Positions 56,461-64,000 of a stretch of DNA of 64,000 bases are shown here, in pieces; the stretch's first letter is position 1; the number at the start of each line of letters is the position of its first letter. Location of the stretch: NCBI RefSeq assembly GCF_009914755.1, contig NC_060928.1, one strand, 5' to 3'. Made by a program: the position numbers and the translations under genes. The notes beneath the pieces were generated by a model. The model saw nothing but the letters and a program-made list of their open reading frames with translations, made no database searches and was not told where the DNA came from. Origin of the DNA: the human T2T-CHM13v2.0 reference genome, Homo sapiens.

Positions 56461-56614
56461 TTCAAATCCAGATCTGTCTGACTCTGAAGTTCATGAACGT
56501 GAATTTCTGGTTTGAACAAGACGGGATACAGGTAGCATTTATCATCTTCTCTTCCTGGAAATTAGCCAAAAAACAAAAAGATAGAGATGCAAAGACAAAA
56601 TTCTTTTTCCTAGA

Positions 56615-56960
56615 AAGTAGATACAGTCTATTCCCCCAAAATTTATATATTGAAATCCTAACCTCTAACGGGATGGTATTAAGAGGTGGGGCCTTTGGGG
56701 GTGATTAGATCATGAGGGCAAAGCCTTTATAAACGGGATTTATAAAGCAAGCCCGAGGGAACTCATTTCTTCCTACCACCACGTGAGAACACGGCAAGAA
56801 GACAGCAACTATGAGCCAGAAAGCGGGCCCTCGCCAGACATCAAATCCAATGGCACCTTGAACTCGGCCTTCCAAGCTCCAGAACTATGAGAAATTTCTG
56901 TTATTTATAAGCTACCCAGTTCACAGCATTTTGTTATAGGAGCCCAAATGGACTCAGACA
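56615..56960 (+). mobile_element. MLT1A-like LTR
   Basis: TTGAAATCCTAACC...GGTGGGGCCTTTGGG...AAATGGACTCAGACA. Confidence 0.8.
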
Positions 56961-57090
56961 GTAGGAAATAGATAAAACCCAGGTCCCCAATTACTTGAAA
57001 GGGCTGCCGAAAGCAATAAAGATCAAGCAAGGGGGCAAGTGGGAGGAAGCAGAGAAGCAGAGAAAAGAGCCTATAGCCAGAAGACACAAT

Positions 57091-57092
57091 GG

Positions 57093-57133
<41 letters not shown>

Positions 57134-57412
57134 TTACGCCTGTAATCTCAGCATTTTGAGAGGCCGAGATAGGAGGATCACTTAAGCCCAGGAGTTCAAG
57201 ACCAGCCTGGGCAACATAGAGCGACCTCATCTCTACAGAAACTTTTAAAACTTAGCTGGGTATGGTGGCGTGCACCTGTAGTCCCAGCTACTGGGGAGAC
57301 TGAGCCGGGAGGATTGCTTCGTCTTAGGAGTTCAGGGCTGCAGTGAGCTATGATGGCACCACTGAACTCCAGCCTGGGTGACAGAGCGAGACACAGTCTC
57401 TAAAAAAAAAAA
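57091..57412 (+). mobile_element. AluJ with a (TG)n repeat in its 5' head
   Basis: GGCTC(TG)~18 TCTTACGCCTGTAATC. Confidence 0.88.
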
Positions 57413-57683
57413 GAGAGAGAGAATTCTTGTCATATTTACCTACAGTAATCATTCTTTGGCAGGATATATATCTTATGTATACTGTAAACCAAAGGTACAG
57501 GCCTAGGCCTTTCCCACCAGAGATGACAAATAATGCTACATTTCCCTCTCATTGCCAAATTCTATTAGCTTAAGCCCTCAGTTAGCTTGCTTTGTCACTG
57601 GAAATCCCTGGAAAATGCTAACTTGTATCTGAAATCCATCCCAGTTGCCCCCTGCGTGGTCACCAATGATCAATCCATCTTAA

Positions 57684-58043
<360 letters not shown>

Positions 58044-58855
58044 TGCCCTAGAGGTTTCTATTATAAAATACCGTCCCTCTGGGGGCTGCTGCTGTCCCCT
58101 GTACTGCTTCATTCTAACCAGACACAAACCTTCCCCTTATTTCCACAGTACTAACTAAAACTGGGCTGTGATGTTTCACAGAGATTCTTTAGAAGCTTCT
58201 GGTTAACATAAGGGAATTGTAACACAGACCTAGAAACTTCACAGGTCTATGACTTCCCACAGCAATCCCTTGTGGAACACAGCTTTGCTTAAACCTCAGC
58301 CTGTAGTAAAGGCACTGAATCATGCCTTTAGGTATGTAGCAAAGGCACTGAACTTCACTTCTTCCCTAACCTCATGGGTGAGTCTTTGTGTACATCTTCT
58401 CTTCTAAGGGTCCAGGCCCGAGGAGAGGAAGGATTTGCCCACTCATGCCAGCATAAGGCCTCCTTCCAACAGCCTCATTTCGCATTTCAGGACCTACCTT
58501 ATCCCAGGATGACTGACAGCAGAAATGGTCCATCCCTGACCAGCAGGGCTAACCTTGCCCCAGCTGGGATGAACAGTTTCTCAAGACATCCAGGTAGCTC
58601 AGTATTTTATAGGATCGTAGTCTAACACCGGGTTAAACACAGAAAACCCAATCCAGGTTATTTTTTAGAATCTCCTTTAATTGAAAGGGACAACCCTCCA
58701 GCTATTTTTGGGTCTTGTTTCTTGATCTCTTGTAACTGTTTGCATGGTAATATGTGTGTATACTTTTACCAAAAACAAGAAATAATATATTGTGTATACC
58801 TTTACATAGTTTAGCTCCTTAGACCATGCATATCAAACCCATTCAATCTAGACGG

Positions 58856-59585
<730 letters not shown>

Positions 59586-59678
59586 AGCGTGTTGTCCTAC
59601 ATGAAATTCACAGAGAAAAAGGATAGGCTACCCCAAAGATGAGCTTTCTACCTCTCATCTCTTATCTGCTTAAAGTTG

Positions 59679-60064
59679 TGTATTAGTCCATTCTCACACA
59701 GCTATGAAGAACTACCTAAGACTGGGTAATTTATAAAGGAAAGGGGTTTAATTGACTCACAATTCCGCATTGCTGGGGAGGCCTCTGGAAACTTACAATC
59801 ATGGTGGAAGGCAAAGGAGAAGCAGATACCTTCTTCACAAGGCTGCAGGATAGAGTGAGTGCAAGCAGGGGAAATGCCAGACACTTATAAAACCATCAGA
59901 TCTCAAGAGACTCGCTCACTATCATGAGAACAGCATGGGGGACACAGCCCTCATGATCTAATGGCCTCCACCTGGTCTTGTCCTTGACATGTGGGGATCA
60001 TGGGGATTATGAGGATTACAATTCAGGATGAGATTTTGGGTGGGGACACAGCCAAGCCATATCA
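59679..60064 (-). mobile_element. THE1 solo LTR (THE1D-like)
   Basis: TGTATTAGTCC...CCATATCA; TSD A(G/C)TTG. Confidence 0.9.
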
Positions 60065-60874
60065 ACTTGTAAAATATTTTTTTCCCTTTTGATACTTCAG
60101 ATATGTTAGGACTCATTTATAACGAATGTTCAAGTCCAAGTACCATCACTTTCTAGTCCCCTTAGCAGACTCAGTGTAGCTCAAAGCCTTCACAGGAGAG
60201 TTTAGCCCTGAAGTTAGGGCCATAGGAGACCTCCTTCTTCCTTCCACTTATAACTCCAAGGGTCACAGCCTTTCTCCATTAAAGGAAGCAAGTGGACATA
60301 ATTTTGCTTCCTCTAATGAATAAATGACACAAGCCGACATAGTTAAAGTAAACAAATGTAGTTAGGAAAGAGCACGCGTTACATTAAATGTTTTGCAAGG
60401 GTGAAAAAGATAAGAAAATACATACACAGAGACAAGAGATTTGAAAATATTCCATATGGGTTTGGAATAAAATGTAAACATAGTAAAATGCAATATATTG
60501 CACACCTAAATTTAAATTATAATTTTGTTCTAATCTGACTTTACAACATGGCATTTGGTATAAGACAAGCCCATCTTGGCCACCGCCTAAGGGAAATAGT
60601 CACTGGGGCAATGGTTACACCATATGGCTGTCTTACCTAAAATATGTTCTTACGACTTAGAGCAAAAGGATATTATTTCATCTCCACTTGTCCAAATAAA
60701 TACATGTATAGCCAATTCCTAATTACCCAAGTGCAGTAGCAACGGGATATCGTATGTTGCTGTCAAATTGTCTTCTGCCAGTTAGCTGCTTCTCATTATC
60801 ATTAGATGCATCATCTTGGTCTTCATAATGGGCTTCTACTTCTGGCTCACAGCTCACCAAGTCTATAGGAAGAG

Positions 60875-61344
<470 letters not shown>

Positions 61345-62273
61345 GAGAGAGAGAGAGAGAAAATAGGTATCTGTTCATTCAACCATTCATTCATTCAACA
61401 AATATTCAGTGAGTACCAGTTATAGGACAGATACTCTTCAAAACACTCGGAACTCAGTTCTAGCTGTCCTATCACTGCTGCAACTATTATAGAGCATTTT
61501 TTAGTCTACAAAGTTATTTCTCCTGATGTGTTAAATTGGTCACCAAACCCTTAAAACTCTCAAAGAAGATAAAGCTATTTTCCACCATCCATAAAGATTG
61601 GAAGATTTGTTTTCCTAACTTTAGCACCATGTAATGATGGTTATTGTGGCCCCAAATTGTTTCTAATGTAAAGAATGATAGTGACATCTCTGCAAAGAGA
61701 GAGGCCTAATAGAAGTTTCTCATCAATAAGTGGTCATAAATGCAGGTGATGATGCCATTACAAAAACACCACTTATGAGTAATAAAATGCACTTGAAATC
61801 TAAGTACTCTTCTCAATAACAGAAATGACACAAGCTGACATAAATAAGTGACCAGTGTGTTGTGATAACAAGTGTTTTATAAATACCTACTTATATCATA
61901 TTAAACTTGGGTGGGAAATGGTGGTGGGGCAGCTACACTCACATATGTTCCTTTCTAGTTCCTGAGTACTTCCCGGAATTTTTTTCACGAGGTGGTCAGT
62001 TTCTTGCTCCATGCCTCAGGACAATGTGCAAATTTCCTTAGGCGGACCTGCTAAATTATTGAATAGACCCAGGCAAATGATATACCAAATATTTGATTAG
62101 TACCAAGAAAAGCATTTGAACACACAGCAATATTTTCTAAAAATAGATAAATTCTAGAAGCTCCAGGGCTAAAAAAACAAAAGGATAGTGTGAATTTCTT
62201 ACATTTAAAATGTAGGCATTAGCATTGTATTTGCCAAAATGTGGTTGTCTATTTTCATGTGTGAAAAATAACG

Positions 62274-62654
<381 letters not shown>

Positions 62655-63239
62655 CTATATCTAGCAGTCAAGAAATTTAAGATCTACTTTTGTTTTTCAG
62701 TCTGAAGCAAAGTTAGCAAGTGTTGAAAGCTGTTAATTTTAGAGATGATGGAAAAATGATGAAAAAGAAAATGAGAATGCCCTGTTTTCCTATGACTTCA
62801 AAGAATCCTATAGACATAACTCCATTCATCTAAGAGAATAACTCTACTAATTATGTTATACATATTATATATAATTATATTGTTATATATAATAAACTAA
62901 TGTCTTAGTTGCTTGTTTTATAGAAAGAGAGTTCAGGCCTTGGGAAAAGAATTGAGCAAAAGTGGAAAAACCAGAAAGAAACTTTTATATCTTCTAACTC
63001 TTTGGCTTAGATAATAGCTTCTTTGTAACTTGAGACACATTTTCCTCCTGTTCTAACTGGTTCAGTGGATTGTGAGCTCCTAGAGAGTGGGAATGTATCT
63101 TTTTTTTTTCTCCCCCTAGTTTCCATGTCACTCTTGGAAACTCTCAGCTCACTTTCCAATCTTTTTCCAGTAAGCTTCTCTTCTATTAGATACTTCTTAA
63201 GTCTTGCAGTTATTGGTCCCTCCTTGGCCCACTTCCTTC

Positions 63240-63659
<420 letters not shown>

Positions 63660-63877
63660 TAAATTTTAGCTCATATAGCGGAGGTGTTAGCGCATCTCAA
63701 TGAGACTATCGGACACTTTCGGTTTTGGTATCTGCTGCCACCTCCCGCTAGCTACTCCTATCAGAGTAGTAGTGATGATGGTCCGTGTTCACTGCCCTCA
63801 GCATAGGGTTGGTAGAGAAAAAATGCAGGCAAGAAAGGATAGTTTACTTAGTTTTTCTATTTAAAAGTAGACTGTGA

Positions 63878-64000
63878 GGCTGGGCGCAGCGCGGTGGCTT
63901 ATGCCTGTAATCCCAGCACTTTGGGAAGCCAAGGCAGGCGGATCACCTGAGGTCAGGGGTTAAAGACCAGCCTGGCCAACATGGCGAAACCCAGTCTGTA
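63878..64000 (+). mobile_element. Alu, truncated by the window end
   Basis: Left arm only. Confidence 0.9.

Noticed and set aside
60720-60872. Acidic open stretch on the minus strand (LPIDLVSCEPEVEAHYEDQDDASNDNEKQ...) as a possible exon or transposase relic
   Set aside because: Only ~50 codons, with no start, no convincing splice sites and no family I recognise.

Overview
Primate (probably human) non-genic, repeat-dense DNA. No spliced protein-coding gene is recognisable. The window starts inside a disabled L1PA element (1-4677). It holds about 55-60 Alu copies or fragments, older L1M/L2/MIR pieces, and many MaLR and ERV solo LTRs. The most interesting part is 44.8-48.1 kb. An AluJ is split by a MER41B-like LTR that carries GAS/STAT motifs and itself contains an AluY. 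Next to it, an LTR8-family solo LTR is split by a full-length processed retrocopy of TXNDC9 with a perfect 17-bp TSD. The retrocopy keeps an open 188-codon ORF and appears to derive from an intron-read-through, intronic-polyadenylation isoform (ending DILNYR-stop at a retained splice donor), not the canonical mRNA. Other oddities: an old local duplication of an MLT1-AluJ junction, a young AluYc1-like copy at exactly the same target site as an older Alu, a ~140-bp direct duplication, and a CpG-rich hairpin near the right end. Subfamily names and parent-protein comparisons come from recalled consensus sequences and need RepeatMasker/BLAST confirmation. Most repeat boundaries are approximate. I see no evidence of a wholly new multi-gene system; the LTR-embedded retrocopy is the best candidate for undescribed function.
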